A stretch of DNA of 64,000 bases. Origin: Eledone cirrhosa (lineage: Eukaryota). The stretch is from the NCBI GenBank assembly GCA_964016885.1, contig OZ024758.1, positions 20,336,001-20,400,000 on the forward strand. The letters are read 5' to 3'. A model generated the notes under the pieces. The model did not search any database. It worked only from the letters and a program-made list of their open reading frames with translations, and had not been told where the DNA came from. This document shows, in pieces, positions 1 through 15,803 of the stretch. Positions within the stretch are counted from its first letter, which is position 1. Every line of letters begins with the position of its first letter. The translations under genes and the position numbers were made by a program.

Positions 1-387
1 TATATCTAACTAATCAAAAGTAAATGCTAGAAAACCTAATGAAAATACTTTATCGATTGCAATATAACCGCTGTGTGTGTATATATATGTATATACAATT
101 ACATATATATATACACACATACACACGCATACACACACATGCATACACACACACACATACATACACACATATATATATATATATACACACAAAGGCATTA
201 CACTGTTAACTAGAGGATGATTGTTAAAACACAGCTTCGGCTGGAAGAGTTCGACGAGTAATGTAAAATGAAATAGCGTGTGATAATGTGGCAAACACTC
301 CAAACATCAGACAACTATTCATATAGTTTCCCTTCTGTCCTGCCTTACATTGAGCTGACCACATCCACCTGACTCGTTCAAAATCAA

Positions 388-522
<135 letters not shown>

Positions 523-667
523 ATACATGTGGACGGTTGTATTGCGGTAACCGTTTATCTTTCACCGAAAGTGATTTTTCATTACATCTCTTCTTTCCAT
601 GATATCCGGAATACATTGAGTTCTTCATACGGATTGGACACTACCGTAAACTCTTGGTAGATTTATC

Positions 668-720
<53 letters not shown>

Positions 721-731
721 ATATATATATG

Positions 732-1040
732 ATTCCAGGTCCTCAGTGAAATAACAACCCAACCAGGAACTGGGCATATCAGAGTATTGACAAAATTATA
801 CACCTCAACAACATATGTACTTGTCTATACCACACTAATTCGGACTGCCTGAAGAGGTCTAAGCCAAAGATGGCTGTCACCGAAATATTTATAGCAGTAA
901 TAAACGAAGCTAGATTTTAAACATTTGACTTTTTATTTTACTTTATTTTACATTACTCCGGAGTAACCAAACCAAACTGCGCACTTCGTCGAGTGCTCCA
1001 GCCTGCATACTGAGCTGTTGGTATACAGCCAACATATACT

Positions 1041-1043
<3 letters not shown>
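732..1043 (+). mobile_element. Short HHR-bearing insert (PLE pLTR-like fragment, family C) between (TA)n tracts
   Basis: Bounded by (TA)n on both sides and contains the HHR at 844-898. A second rearranged copy lies at 63529-63714. Confidence 0.7.
844..898 (+). ncRNA. Type I hammerhead ribozyme motif
   Basis: Stem I ACTGC/GCAGT, core CTGAAGA (849-855), stem II GGT..ACC enclosing the AGCCA/TGGCT hairpin, GAAA (882-885), short stem III TATTTA, then TA cleavage site. Confidence 0.8.
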
Positions 1044-1116
<73 letters not shown>

Positions 1117-1460
1117 CTATATATATGTATATATATATATATGTATCTATATATATATGTATCTATATATGTATATATATATATATATATAGCGGCGATG
1201 AATTAGTTTTGCGAGGTTTTTTATATGAAATCGTGTGTCGAAACAGATATTGTTATATTTGGGGAGGGTCATATTTGCATAATATTACCAGAATTAATAA
1301 CAGATCACACTCACTGTTTGGTTGGTTTTCGCTTCTCGCTGTCTTTTATATATATATATCTGCGATCTAACTTACTCGGTCCTCAATGTTGCCATTGACT
1401 GACCGGCGGTCAAAAATAATACAGATACAATATAGACACAAACACATATATATAGTTTAC

Positions 1461-1513
1461 ATAATTTACATAAATCTTTCGTTGCACATCTGCAACATCG
1501 TCAGTGGTGTTAT
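1461..1513 (-). ncRNA. Minimal HHR-like motif in PLE family A 3' region
   Basis: Minus strand reads CTGACGA-T-GTTGCA-GATG-TGCAAC-GAAA-GATT-TA. Stem I is weak (CA/TG plus ATAA/TTAT). Confidence 0.6.
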
Positions 1514-1773
1514 ATTCATTGTTCCTCCTGTTGTGGTGTATGTCTACGCCATTTTTTTTTGTTCAGTCTGTCTATATATTTATTTATTTATTTGCTTGTT
1601 TGTTTATCTTATTTTATGTTGTCTTCTTTGCGCATGCGTTTGCGTGTGTGTATAGTGTTATGTGTGATGTGTGACTAGTGTGTATAGTGTTGTGTCTGGT
1701 GGGTGACTAGTGTGTGTTTATGTGCTTGTTTATGTATTTATTTATCTTATTTTATTTTATTTTATTTACTTAT

Positions 1774-3336
1774 TTATACTTCTGTTAGGTCAGTGTTGTT
1801 TGTTTGGGTGTTGTTGTTGTTCCACTCATTCTTTCTGTTTAGCTTTGGTCTTCTAATTTCTATTTCACTGGCCTCTCTGATTTGCCTATCTGCTGGGTCA
1901 TTCCTATGTTTAGATATTATTCTAATTTCTATGTTGTCTATGTTACCGTCATGTTGTTGTCTAGCATGTTCGTATAGTACTGACCCGTTTTTTCGTCCTT
2001 TTAGTTCCCCCCAGTGTTGGGCTATCCTTTCACCTATGCTACGAGCTGTCTCACCTATGTATGTTGTTGTCATGTTTCTTAAAGTACCCTCTATACATCT
2101 CATGCTATAGACTACGTTTCTAGTTTTACAGTTTATCCGGGGGTTCACCTTACATATGATACATTTCCTATTGGTACAGTGGGTTTTCTTAAAAGGGTAG
2201 GTTTTGCTGATCAGGGATTTTATGGTGGTTCCTGGCTTTTCTACCACCTTTATTTTTAAGTGGGTCTTTCTCAGGGCCTTTCTACACTGGTTAGCTAATT
2301 TCCCTCCAGGGGTGGCGTCCACAAACATGACACTCTGATATCTCTGGCTGTCGTACCATGATGTGGCCTTCCCTATCTTATGTCTAGCCCTATCTAAGCT
2401 ATTCCATGATTTGCTCCTGTATAGTGGGCAAGTTCCTTTCATGTCCAGTTCTATGAGGGTCTTATACTTTTCCATGGCTCCTTCGTATACTCTGACTCTG
2501 TCTCTTTGGTTGTAGCCAGAGAACTGCATGCGGTTGATGAAGTGTTGGATGTGTCCTTCCATTTCTGTTGGGTCGCACATGCTGGACACATTCTTCATCA
2601 CTCGTACCAAATCTGCGATCAGAATATTAAACTTAGCACTACTGGACATTGCTGAGTTTTTGAGTATCAGGTATTTGGAGGCCATGGGTTTAGCATAGTG
2701 TGAGTGGAGAATTTGGGCTCTCTCGTCTATAGTGTTAATCCAGAGTTCTGTGTCTAATACAGGTAGTCTATTGTTAGGGTGTTTGGAAGGGAAGTCTATA
2801 GTTACAGTTATACTCTGGTGTATGGAATTAGCTATCTGCTGGATGCTTTCCATCGTGCTACGTTCTAAATCAAACTTGTTAGTGCTCTCTAGTGGGGGTG
2901 TTTTTATAACTATATTGATATCGTCTACATAACGAGAGTACATGATGAGGTCTATGGAGCTTTCATTAAGGAGATCTTTAAGTCTCCTTTCCCACCATAC
3001 CATGAAAAGGTTGGCAACATCACCAGCTATGCTGACGCCGATGGCTGCTCCCTCATTTTGGGTGTAGATTTTCTCATTGAACTTAAATATGTGGCCCTTT
3101 AGGGTAGTTTTGATACTAGCCCCTATTGCATGTGCGACCATTTTTCTTACCTGATCAGTGTTTTGGGGGGTCCGTATAGCTTTGGTCCACCCAATCCACC
3201 TTCCTATGGGAGTATTTTTAGCCATTGAGGTTATGGTGGGGGGTCTACCTCTTATAGGTCTACTAGGGCAAAAACCAAGCGAAAACCAACCAAACAGTGA
3301 GTGTGTTCTGTTATTAATTCTGGCAATATTACGCAA
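1774..3336 (-). CDS. PLE polyprotein fragment: reverse transcriptase (C-terminal motifs and thumb), Cys-rich linker, C-terminal GIY-YIG endonuclease; Neptune/Nematis-like
   Basis: Motifs [38 protein letters not shown], linker [49 protein letters not shown]. No internal stops. The first ~20 codons come from the inverted terminal segment, so the true N-terminus is missing. Confidence 0.93.
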   Translation of the reverse strand: MRNIARINNRTHSLFGWFSLGFCPSRPIRGRPPTITSMAKNTPIGRWIGWTKAIRTPQNTDQVRKMVAHAIGASIKTTLKGHIFKFNEKIYTQNEGAAIGVSIAGDVANLFMVWWERRLKDLLNESSIDLIMYSRYVDDINIVIKTPPLESTNKFDLERSTMESIQQIANSIHQSITVTIDFPSKHPNNRLPVLDTELWINTIDERAQILHSHYAKPMASKYLILKNSAMSSSAKFNILIADLVRVMKNVSSMCDPTEMEGHIQHFINRMQFSGYNQRDRVRVYEGAMEKYKTLIELDMKGTCPLYRSKSWNSLDRARHKIGKATSWYDSQRYQSVMFVDATPGGKLANQCRKALRKTHLKIKVVEKPGTTIKSLISKTYPFKKTHCTNRKCIICKVNPRINCKTRNVVYSMRCIEGTLRNMTTTYIGETARSIGERIAQHWGELKGRKNGSVLYEHARQQHDGNIDNIEIRIISKHRNDPADRQIREASEIEIRRPKLNRKNEWNNNNTQTNNTDLTEV

Positions 3337-3458
3337 ATATGACCCTCCCCAAATATAACAATATATATATATATGTATCTATATATATATGTATCTATAT
3401 ATATACATATATATATATATATATGTATCTATATATATATGTATCTATATATATACAG

Positions 3459-3514
<56 letters not shown>

Positions 3515-3517
3515 GTA

Positions 3518-3550
<33 letters not shown>

Positions 3551-3566
3551 GTATCTATATATATAC

Positions 3567-3735
<169 letters not shown>

Positions 3736-4148
3736 TGTAAATATATACGCACATACACACAAGTTGATTATATATACTCACACACTGATAAGATTTCCAT
3801 GCACAGCTTACACAATATACACAAACACATGTGTGTGTTTGTGTGTGTTCGTATGAACAATTTCATTTGAACAAATACTGCACGACAAGAAACCTATCTT
3901 TCCACACCACTGGAAACTTGTCATGAAAACATTTCAAGAGAAATAATGTTTATCTTTTCTTTCATTGATTGTAATCATCTTTGCGCTATTTTCAATTGAA
4001 ATTTATAATTAATCTTCTTGTTCTCCTGTGTAGTAAAATGGTATGTTACTGAAATACGCCTTCTGTCGATTTACTTTCAGAAAACTATGACTATAATTTA
4101 TATATTTATCGCAATAACGAAACTCACTCAATTACACAGCTGTTGATG

Positions 4149-4257
<109 letters not shown>

Positions 4258-4358
4258 AAAAGATAAAATCGAAAATGCAACTGGAGTCTTATTTTAAATA
4301 TATATAAATATATTTATTTGGTTCCTTATATGTATATATATATATATTTATTTGGTTC

Positions 4359-4459
<101 letters not shown>

Positions 4460-4488
4460 GTATATATATATATGTATATATATATATG

Positions 4489-4553
<65 letters not shown>

Positions 4554-5384
4554 ATATGTATGTATATGTATATATGTATATATATGTATATATATATGTA
4601 TATATATGTATATATATATATGTATATATATGTATATATATGTATATATATATATATGTATATATATGTATATATATATGTATATATATATATGTATATA
4701 TATATGTATATATATATATGTATATATATATGTATATATATATATATACATATATATATACACGACCTATTAATTATAAACCGACTGGATACGGTTTATA
4801 GCTTGATTATATGCTGAACCACCGCGAATTATACGATAGACAAGTGTTCTCTATATATATTGCGTCTCATGGATTATGTGAGTGGTGGAGTGAGCGAAGA
4901 CAGTGGTACGGCTTTGCCTACGATACAATAAGGTTTTTAGTATGTGGACAGTTTTTGATATTTTGGTGTTTCCCTGCATCCGAGACAGTATATCATACAG
5001 ATTTATGAGAATAAATGACTTAATAATCCAGCCCACATAATAAGATCGATTGCCTGCTTCAACTGCCTGACCCTGCAAATATCATTCTGGCGCACTCTAA
5101 TCATGTATAAATAAGACACGCGTGCATGCTACACGTGAGACTGCTTCATACACTGACTACTCTAAACTTTCCTCTTGCTTTATCTTCATAGACTGCCATC
5201 GCTTCATGTTTATCTTTATTTTCATTCTTGCTTTTATTTTATTTTTATCCTGTAACCTGTATATGTAAATTGCCATGTTATATCATTTGATGAATGTCAC
5301 CCCACTGTTGATCAATATGCGCATATGTTTTATGTGTCTCTTGGGTTGTAAAGGAGGTCAAGTATGTTATAGATCAGTAAATAG

Positions 5385-5433
5385 TTGCTCCGAAGAATCT
5401 AAACCTCGGTTTGAAGGAAACAATTGTAAGCAA
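5385..5433 (+). ncRNA. Type I HHR motif with CCGAAGA core (family D)
   Basis: Stem I TTGCT/AGCAA, core CCGAAGA, stem II AAACC-TC-GGTTT, GAAA, palindromic stem III CAATTG, then TA. Homolog at 30444-30490 with shared upstream sequence. Confidence 0.72.
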
Positions 5434-5669
5434 ATAAATGACGTAAACTGAACTTTGATTATTGTAATCTCTATATAACTGCTCTGTAAAACAACTGATG
5501 TTATTACATTGAGCTATTTATCTTACTGGTAATACGATAATAATTAATGACTATCTTTCACTATTTAGGGTTTGTGTATATATAATATATTACCATTAAA
5601 GGTTTTATTGCATACATAGCCATAAATAGTACCCTTAATACTATGTCTATATATATATATTATGTATAC

Positions 5670-5889
5670 ATATTTCGTATCCCCAAAGAAATACGGTTTT
5701 AGGAAACCATAGCTAATTAAACTCCGGGGGGGGGGGCTAACGCCCTCTGGTGATGTCCAGCAGAAGCAAGCGGGACACCCTTCTAGGCATTTCAGGCTTA
5801 AGTGTCTTCACTAGAGGACGTTAGCCCCCTCCCGGTGTTTGCATAGTTACGGCTTCCTAAAATCGTATTTCTTTGGAGATACGAAATAT
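5670..5889. mobile_element. MITE-like foldback with ~84-bp imperfect terminal inverted repeats
   Basis: 5670-5753 (ATATTTCGTATCCCCAAAGAAATACGG...) is the reverse complement of about 5808-5889 (...CGTATTTCTTTGGAGATACGAAATAT). Spacer about 55 bp, TA-rich flanks. Confidence 0.7.
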
Positions 5890-5932
5890 TTATATATATT
5901 GTATAACGCTATGCTTGAAGCGAAATCCTATT

Positions 5933-6996
<1,064 letters not shown>

Positions 6997-7016
6997 TATG
7001 TATATGTATATATATA

Positions 7017-7660
<644 letters not shown>

Positions 7661-7729
7661 GGGAGATTATTACATATAAAGGTTTACATATATATATATA
7701 TGTAAAGTCATAGATATATATGTGTTTTG

Positions 7730-7779
<50 letters not shown>

Positions 7780-7888
7780 CCAAGTTAATATTGTTTCGAT
7801 TTTCCTTCTTCGTTTAAGGAGAAATGGTATAAGCATTCTGTTTTATATTCGTTTTTACAATTCCATTGATTCTAAGTGGAGTAATATA

Positions 7889-7938
<50 letters not shown>

Positions 7939-9445
7939 TGTGTGTGTGTGTGTGTATGTGTGTGTGTATTTATGTATTGCCTGATGTATACCCCTCTAGA
8001 GACATACATATGTTATATTGATATGTACAAATTTACACATATCTGTATATAATTGTAAATCTCCTAATGTATATAGATACTTACGTACACACATGCATAT
8101 ATCTTGGTATATATGTATTGCAAGAGTTCGGTAGAAGTAGGTTCCACATCATTTAATTAACCATTGCCGACTACAATTTCTATCATCTTAATGGATCTTA
8201 GAAGGCTTAGTGTTGAGCGTTGCTAAGTCGAAGTTTCTAAGGAGAACACCTTGAATACAAGGTCAGATTTCTTCAACCACTATCCACACGATCTTGGAGT
8301 TCTGTTTATAGAGGAGAGCAAGCTAGTCATCATATAATGGTCGGTATCGACACGCCTGAGTAACGGAACACATCCAGAATGCATGCAATTTAATGTATTC
8401 CGTCGAGGTCAAGTAAAAGCATGATGTTGTTGCGGAAACTGGAAATGAATTACTCTTTAAATATAACATTAATGATACTTGTTCTCTTTTATCTATTCGT
8501 TTCTCCCACAAACATAAGTTAACAACAAAAATGAATTGTTTGTGGTGATTTCGTAATCAAGGATATGAGCCAATTATTTTCATTAATGTCCTGATTGTAT
8601 ATTTATATAGGTTCTTTGCATTGCCTCTATTGAATACTGTCTTTAGATAGCGTATGTGGAAATACCTTCTTAAAACTCAAATTCCTATATCCCATATCCA
8701 TTTTCCTGTCACCCCCGATTTCGTTTCAGTTGCTTACTGCACACTCGACTTTTTATATCACCCTTCATTTGCGATATCGCCCACGTTGAGAGACTGCGGT
8801 GACGTGTTATTAAAACTACCTAACTAAGGAAAGTGATCCAAGCGTTTATTTAGTAAATGTACAAGAATGCATGTTACACAGCATCAGCTCTTTAGCTTCG
8901 AGTGAATGGAAGCCGAATTTAAACACACAAATGTGCATATATATACATGTATACATACACATGAACAACCACAAAAGACGTCCACACATCCATGCACCCA
9001 TGTACACAAGCACATACAATCAAACATGGCATGCATATATACATATACACACGTTTAATAGTGTGATTCTGTAGGTGGAGTAGGTGACTATTTATATGCT
9101 TTTATATACGACTAATGAATACAATGAATGTTTTCGGATACCACATAAAATCACAATTTATCATAGTCAAAGATTAAATAAATGTCACTTGCAATTGTAG
9201 AGAATCTTACTTTCTTTTTTTCTGTTCATATTGGCAACATCTCGTGCAATGTATGACTGCGTATTCACACTTTATTCTACCATTATTTTATATTACATTA
9301 TCTCGTAAAAGATGATATCATATGACGCTTTGATATATTGGGATGTATTTTAAAACCGTATTCTGTGTTGTTTGGGTATTAAGTTATATTTAAACGTTAA
9401 ATTATATTTGAATAATTATTTCTGGTTAGCTTAAAGATAATAAAA

Positions 9446-9541
9446 ATAATTGTTTCTACTTTAGGCACAAGGCCAACAATTACCCAGTACATTACTGGTA
9501 CTTTATTTTATCGACCCCGTAAGGATGAAAGGCAAAGTCAA
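9446..9541 (-). mobile_element. SINE family 1, 3' partial
   Basis: Reverse complement of the TTTGCCTTTCATCCTTACGGGGTCGATAAAATAAAGTACCAG...AGAAACAATTAT tail. Confidence 0.85.
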
Positions 9542-9858
9542 TTACCCTTGGAAGATTTTTTTCTGAGGCTATGGAATATATATTTACACAATAGTCAGTA
9601 CCTTAAAAGAGATATTCTCAAACTGTTGGGACCACGAAATATCCTCAGCGTCACCCCAACACTATTTCCAGAGAGACCTGCCTACAAGCGAATTGTAAAT
9701 AATTTATAAATAAAATTATAAATGTATATATAATAAATAATATAATATATACATTGTATAAATAAATATTATATATATATATTTGTTTAATTTACTATAT
9801 ATATATATATTTACTATTTATCATGTTATATATTATATATTATTATTTCATCTTTACT

Positions 9859-10045
9859 GGCGGTGGGTTGGCAGTATCGGTAGAGGGTCGGACGCTATGC
9901 TTTCCAGCATAGTTACGTCCCTTTACGATCTGAGTTCAAATCCCGCCGAGGTTAACTTTGCCTTTCATCCTTACGGGGTCGATAAAATAAAGTACCAGTA
10001 ATACACTGGGTAATTGCTGGCCTTGTGCCTAAAATAGAAACAATT
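9859..10045 (+). mobile_element. tRNA-derived SINE family 1, full length with 18-bp target-site duplication
   Basis: A-box-like TGGCAGTATCGG, B-box GAGTTCAAATCC and conserved body. ATTATTTCATCTTTACTG is duplicated at 9842-9859 and 10043-10060. Confidence 0.92.
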
Positions 10046-10970
10046 ATTTCATCTTTACTGATCACTTACCGCCCCTTACACCCCAGCGGCCAATATACCT
10101 TCGCAATGGCCACATGGTAAGGTAGCGCCCACTTTATGAACGTCTGCCTTAAATCATTATTTAAGATATCTTTCTACATAATTTGCAGTAATTTGCAGTA
10201 ATTTGGGAAACTTAGCATTCCTCTCTAGATAATTATTTATGAATTCCTTCTTGACAATATTATTCTTTGTTATTCTTGAACTAACAATGCTTCGACGTTA
10301 TTGATTAAAGAAAACATATAAAGTGAATAGTTTATCAAATATCAATAGATATATTTCTTTTTAAATTTAACTTGTTCTAGGTTGTTTGAGAATTCACTCA
10401 AATAACACACAGTATAATGTGGATTTTACACATTATTCAACCTACACAGACACTTAATGTGTGGATTTTATAAGTAGATTAGTGTAATAGCTAATCTAAA
10501 ACAGTTTATTCAAGATCAATTTCATGTCTGCAATTGATGAGAATCTCTATCGATAGTCAGAAATAAATAGGAGGCTGATCATTAAAGCCAATTCCATGCG
10601 ATATTTCGCACAATTGACTCATTAAGATGATGTCTTTTTTTCTCATGTTACTATTTCCAACCAGTGGATTCATGTCATAATAACTAGAAGCGTATTTGTG
10701 TACACTGTATTTTATTGCTAGCAGCATTATTCGTTGTAACTTTAAGCGATCGTGTTAATACTTAAATAAAACTAAATTATATTATGAATGTTTTAATGTG
10801 TTATATGTATAAAACCATCGGACGGTTTTATCTTAAGACTCCAATTAAATGAAATGAACCTATCGTAGAAGCTCGTCTCCAATGTTCTCAGCTCCCATTA
10901 ACTGGAATGAAATATGTCAAATATTTCTTAAATTAATACTGATCTAACTTTTTAATAAGACAAACGTGTG

Positions 10971-11230
10971 GAGTCACGTGGCCAAATGGTAACTGTGTTG
11001 GACTTACGATCTTAACGCCGTGGATTCTATTCCTGGACTAGTGATGTGTTGTGTACTTGATTTAAAACACTTCATTTCATGGTGATCTCAGCTGAGAATC
11101 AATACTTGCAGTCTGAACCTGCGATGGACTAGCCTCCTGTACAAAGCGCATTCTTGCATTCTCGGTTGATTAACGCGATGGAAACCGAGATAAGCTCTGG
11201 CCTGATAGGCCTTTAGGCTCGAATCAGACA
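10971..11230 (+). mobile_element. tRNA-derived SINE family 2, diverged
   Basis: GTGGCCAAATGGTAA A-box-like head, GGATTCTATTCC B-box-like, and a CCTGCGATGGACTAGC...GGAAACCGAGATAAGCTCTGGCC tail shared with 31996-32101. Confidence 0.65.
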
Positions 11231-11679
11231 TTAACACCGATAAGGGAGAGGATGGAGTGATATAATAAGTAAATAATATTTTAAAATATCTGAAAGCATT
11301 TAACGTTCTGAATTCGGATCTTGGAACTCTTTATTAAGCTATTCATTCATCCGAGATTGATGATATATGTACCACATTGAATCAATGATGACTATTACGC
11401 AGATTATTCCTTGTCTCATAGCAATATACAGATTCAGCGCTCTGGCTATCAAATCATTCCAGCCTCTACCGTCTGCGTACATTTGCCCACTTAATACATG
11501 ATGATTAGAATTGACGAGGAATGTCTATCACAAGGCCAGTACAGTTTTCATATCATCACGATAGGAGGCGCTACGCTATATTCTTTCTTAGCCTATCTCG
11601 AGTAGCCCGTCACAAACATACAGTGAGTAAAGCTAATGTAAATTCATGTTTCTTTCTATGTAGTGGAAGTAGTTAAAAT

Positions 11680-11789
11680 CATTCCGAGGTTAACTTTGCC
11701 TTTCATCCTTAGGGGGTCGAGAAAATAAAGTTCCACTAATGTACTGGTATAATTGTTGGCCTTGTGCCAAAAGTAGAAACAATTATTTA
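11680..11789 (+). mobile_element. SINE family 1, 5'-truncated
   Basis: Matches body and tail of the 9859 copy. Confidence 0.82.
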
Positions 11790-11819
11790 TGATATATCGA
11801 TCCTTATTACCATTATATA

Positions 11820-11985
11820 GGCGGCGAATTGGAAGATTCTTTAGAACGTCGAATACAATGTGTATGGTATAAGTATCGGCTCTCTGATCTTGGAGTTCAA
11901 ATCCTGCCGAGGTCAACTTTGCCTTTCATTGTTTCGAGGTCGATAGAAAATATTCCAGTCTCTTGTACTGGGGTCGATTCCTTCC
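11820..11985 (+). mobile_element. SINE family 1 relative, diverged
   Basis: GGCGGCGAATTGG head, GAGTTCAAATCC B-box, GTCAACTTTGCCTTTCAT core. Confidence 0.75.
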
Positions 11986-13708
11986 CTATATCACTTTCTC
12001 ATTTCCTCTCTCTCTCTCTGTCCCTCTCTATCTCTCTCTCTTTCTTTCTCTGGATGAAATCTGGTGTATTCAGAGAGGAAGGGAAATCGACTCTGTCAGG
12101 ATTAAAATGCCCAAGAAACGCTGTCTCTCAATACGGCGCCCATACGTCTCTATCGGGAGCTACGGCACAATAGCATTACCATTATATAGATCAGATATTA
12201 TCTCTTCAAATTAAAATGTTCTCATCATATCCAAATATATAAGCGTAAAAAAAATATTTAACCATTATTTATATATTTCGCATTATTCAAGAAACACTGG
12301 ACGAAAGCGTTCTAAACAATATCAAATACTATTTCAGAAAGCTCGTTAACTATGTTTGAAGAGAGGTAAATGATACTTAATTGATACTTACTTACATTTG
12401 AGAAAGGGAGAGAAGTAGTATATTATCGACCGTAATATTTTAAGCGAGGATGCAGTTGACCATGCAAATTTCAATATTTACCATTGTTCAACTTTCTGTA
12501 TTGAATTTTATTCCTAGTAACATATGCTGAATAGAGCCAAACTAATGTATGGATCATAGATATTAATATAATACATTTCATTTTCGAAAACATCCAATTT
12601 ATTTTCATTGTTACTGTATCTAGAAATACCATAATGCTACATGAAATTAAAAAAGAAAATGCCCACATTTAATTTGAATAAAACTTATTTTGGTTTTATT
12701 TTAGTACGAGCAATAAAAAGTGATACTGTGAAAGAAAATTAATATAAAAATTTAATTTGATTTATTGGGAAAAAATACTTTGCTGTAAATTGTTTTATTA
12801 TGCATAGGAGTAATTGACTCTGATAAGAGAATGTCAGTAACCAGGTCAACACTCGGAACATTAAAATTAATTAGTATTGACAATATGTTCAACTAAGATA
12901 AGTTATCATCTGAAAAAAAAATAAAAGTAAAATATAATCTGTCTTTTAATTATATAGCGGACATATAATTCATTTATATTCTTGTTTTGTTACCAAGGTT
13001 TTGTTATAATATATAGTTCATCACCTGAAAATATATTTATATTGTTTACATGTGTATACATATGTATTAAAAGCTTCAGGCATATCATTCTGTGTCGTTA
13101 TTAATTACATAGTATTACCATGTTAATTCAATAGTTATACGTAATAGAAATATGGCAACAATCATAAAACTTACAAACTATTTTGCTACAGATATCGTAA
13201 ACAGTTGAAGTAAACATGAAATACACAATTCAAAACGCTTTAGAAACTAAAGTACAGTTAACAATCATTTTTTGTTATATAATAGTAAAGAAAGCGCAAT
13301 AGCAGTATCATGACCTAGGTAAATGCTTACAAACTATCACATATCTGAAATACATCTCGCTACCTGATATAATATATTATTTGCCACTTATAATTCATTG
13401 GCTGGTAAATTATAGTACGTTTACAATCATTTTATGCCGATATATTGTTCTCGATCAATTATTAATAGAATCGTTCTTATGGCAACCTACTATACATGTA
13501 TAATCTTGTATGATATATGTAATTGGAAAGGATTTATATTTTGAATGTATTCACCAAGTAGCTAGCGTATTGGATTTGTTGCATTACAATACGTATGAGT
13601 AACAACAATAAATATTACTGAGTTGAATTGATTGTCGTTCAAAAGAAGAATGATCTGAGTGGAACATTATTGTTTAAATTTATGTAACATTAAGTAAATA
13701 AATCTACG

Positions 13709-13798
<90 letters not shown>

Positions 13799-13799
13799 T

Positions 13800-13895
13800 G
13801 AAACGAAAGCGAACATGCAACTGGAGTTTTTGTAAGATATTTATTTATTTCCTTCACCCTTCACCGGTTTCACAGTTCTCAGGCTTTTCAAATGT
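13800..13895 (-). mobile_element. Family F fragment with degenerate TTGAAAA-core HHR
   Basis: Homologous to 4256-4330 and 21932-22160. Minus strand reads TTGAAAA..GAAA-CCGG. Confidence 0.65.
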
Positions 13896-13953
13896 ATAAT
13901 TGAGATATAGGATTTTGGTTTTGTCTCGCATACATACGTGGGTATATATAGTC

Positions 13954-15343
13954 AAAGAAAGAAGAGTGACATGGTTGACTGTACAATAAGGGCATTATTC
14001 AAGTTGCTGACACTTGTTTGGTTGATCTGTTGCGTCTAGAGTTTGCTAATCGATTGATGCTGCGTTAATCGATCTCCAATACGTTGTTTACAACCAGTCA
14101 ACATCAACACACCAGAGCAAGTGGATATGAAAATAATTCGCAAGGCATGTCTTTTATACTCCCCTGTAACTCTTATTTTCTTATTATTATTATTATCATT
14201 TCAATGTACCCAATCCTTGATTTTATTCGCCACATTCTCTATCTATTTACTATGCATGTTTTATTATTAATGTTGTTGTTTTAATTATATGCTAGTTTGT
14301 TATTGATGTTTCGAAACTTAAACCTCCATGATTTGAACCAGCAATCCCAAAATTTGGACTAAACCACCTAAACTTAACATACTGAATCCACAATTACACT
14401 TAATACCATCTATCATAGAACCCCAAATCTCTATACAATCCCTCCATCAATCTCACTAGGAAATATTTACTACAAGCATTTATCTGTCAAACCATAAATT
14501 AATCTCCGTTTTCTTGTTGTTCATTTGTATCTAAATCTCTCATAATTTCACCTAGAGTTGAGACCCTAAAATATGACTCTAAGTACATTTTATTATTTTA
14601 TTCCTGTGGATTAGCAGTATCGGTAGAGAGTCGGACACCATGATTTGAAGCATAGAGTTACGTCCCTTTATGAGCTGAGTTCAAATCTCGTCGAGGTTAA
14701 CTTTGACTTTCATCCTTACGGGGTCGATAAAATAAAGTACCAGTAATGTACTGGTTAATTGCTGTTCTTCTGCCTAAAATAGAAACAATTATTGTATCCC
14801 TTTATCTACTTTTAGTGTACCCTATCTTAGATTTCGTATGTCAAGTCATACATCTGTATCATCACTGTTTATTTACCATGCGTGTTGTATTATTGATGTT
14901 ATTGTTTTAATTATTCGCTATATAGCTATTTTGTTAGTGATGTTATTTTTTTCTGTTTAACACCACACTTCTATAAAAGCCATGCCTTGCGTATTATTTT
15001 CATATCCACTTGTTCTGATGTGTTAACTGGTGGTAAACAACGTATTGGAGTTCGACTGACGCAGCATCAAACGATTAGCGAACTCTAGACGCAACAAATC
15101 AACGAAACAATTGTCAGCAATTTGAATAAAGCCCTTATTGTACAGCCAACCATGTTACTCTTCTTTCTTTAAACATTATTACTCCAAGTATAACCTGCAT
15201 AAGAAACTACCGCGAACTGGCTGCATCACTATGGAAACATCTTGTTGAATCAAGCTAGGCCGCACGTTAAAACCATTCACAACCCGGAGTACTCTAACCG
15301 GACTACCTCTAAGTGGATCACCTATAACGATAACTTGTTATCC
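13954..15343 (+). mobile_element. Family G element with ~200-bp inverted arms and long-stem-II HHR-like motif
   Basis: 13954-14158 is the reverse complement of 14972-15170. The right arm continues to a terminus (...CCTATAACGATAACTTGTTATCCC) also seen at about 20268-20291. Confidence 0.72.
14606..14792 (+). mobile_element. SINE family 1, nested in the family G element
   Basis: Near full-length match to the 9859 copy. Confidence 0.88.
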
Positions 15344-15360
15344 CATATATATATATATTA

Positions 15361-15640
15361 AATGTATTGTATTTTCTCCTAGTTTAATTTAAACCTAATT
15401 CTGCTTAGTTGACTGTATCTAGGCGATTACGCTGTCGAAATATTCGATAAATATTCCACTACAGTCGACGCGAAGCGCTAGTTTTGGTTATTTGTCGGAG
15501 ATTCTTTCATAGAAGCCTCATTCTTATAGCCTGGTCTATTCGATTTTTTTATTTTTGTTTTGTATAGTTAATTATGCTAATTGGGAGAGGAAATAGTATA
15601 TATTTTATCTTGTGATTCTATAGACATGTTTTATGATATA
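15361..15640 (+). mobile_element. Family E copy
   Basis: Reverse-complement homolog of 7124-7395. Confidence 0.7.
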
Positions 15641-15748
15641 TAGCTCTGATTGTTTAATTTATAAATTTTTCATTGAGCCACAAAGTGACCGGTTGCAAAA
15701 CACGTATATGTATGTGTATGTATATATATATATATATATGTAAACTTT

Positions 15749-15803
<55 letters not shown>

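Larger units (their letters stand above)
1204..3361 (-). mobile_element. Penelope-like retroelement (family A), 5'-truncated with inverted terminal segment, inserted in (TA)n
   Basis: RT plus GIY-YIG ORF followed by a 3' UTR/pLTR with an HHR-like core. 3277-3361 is an inverted copy of about 1250-1334. Long (TA)n tracts flank both sides. Confidence 0.93.

Noticed and set aside
1774-3336. Selenoprotein or Naiad-type PLE
   Set aside because: The endonuclease is C-terminal and the retained ORF has no in-frame TGA.
9859-9950. tRNA genes
   Set aside because: The A/B-box heads continue into a shared SINE body and tail and do not form full cloverleaves.
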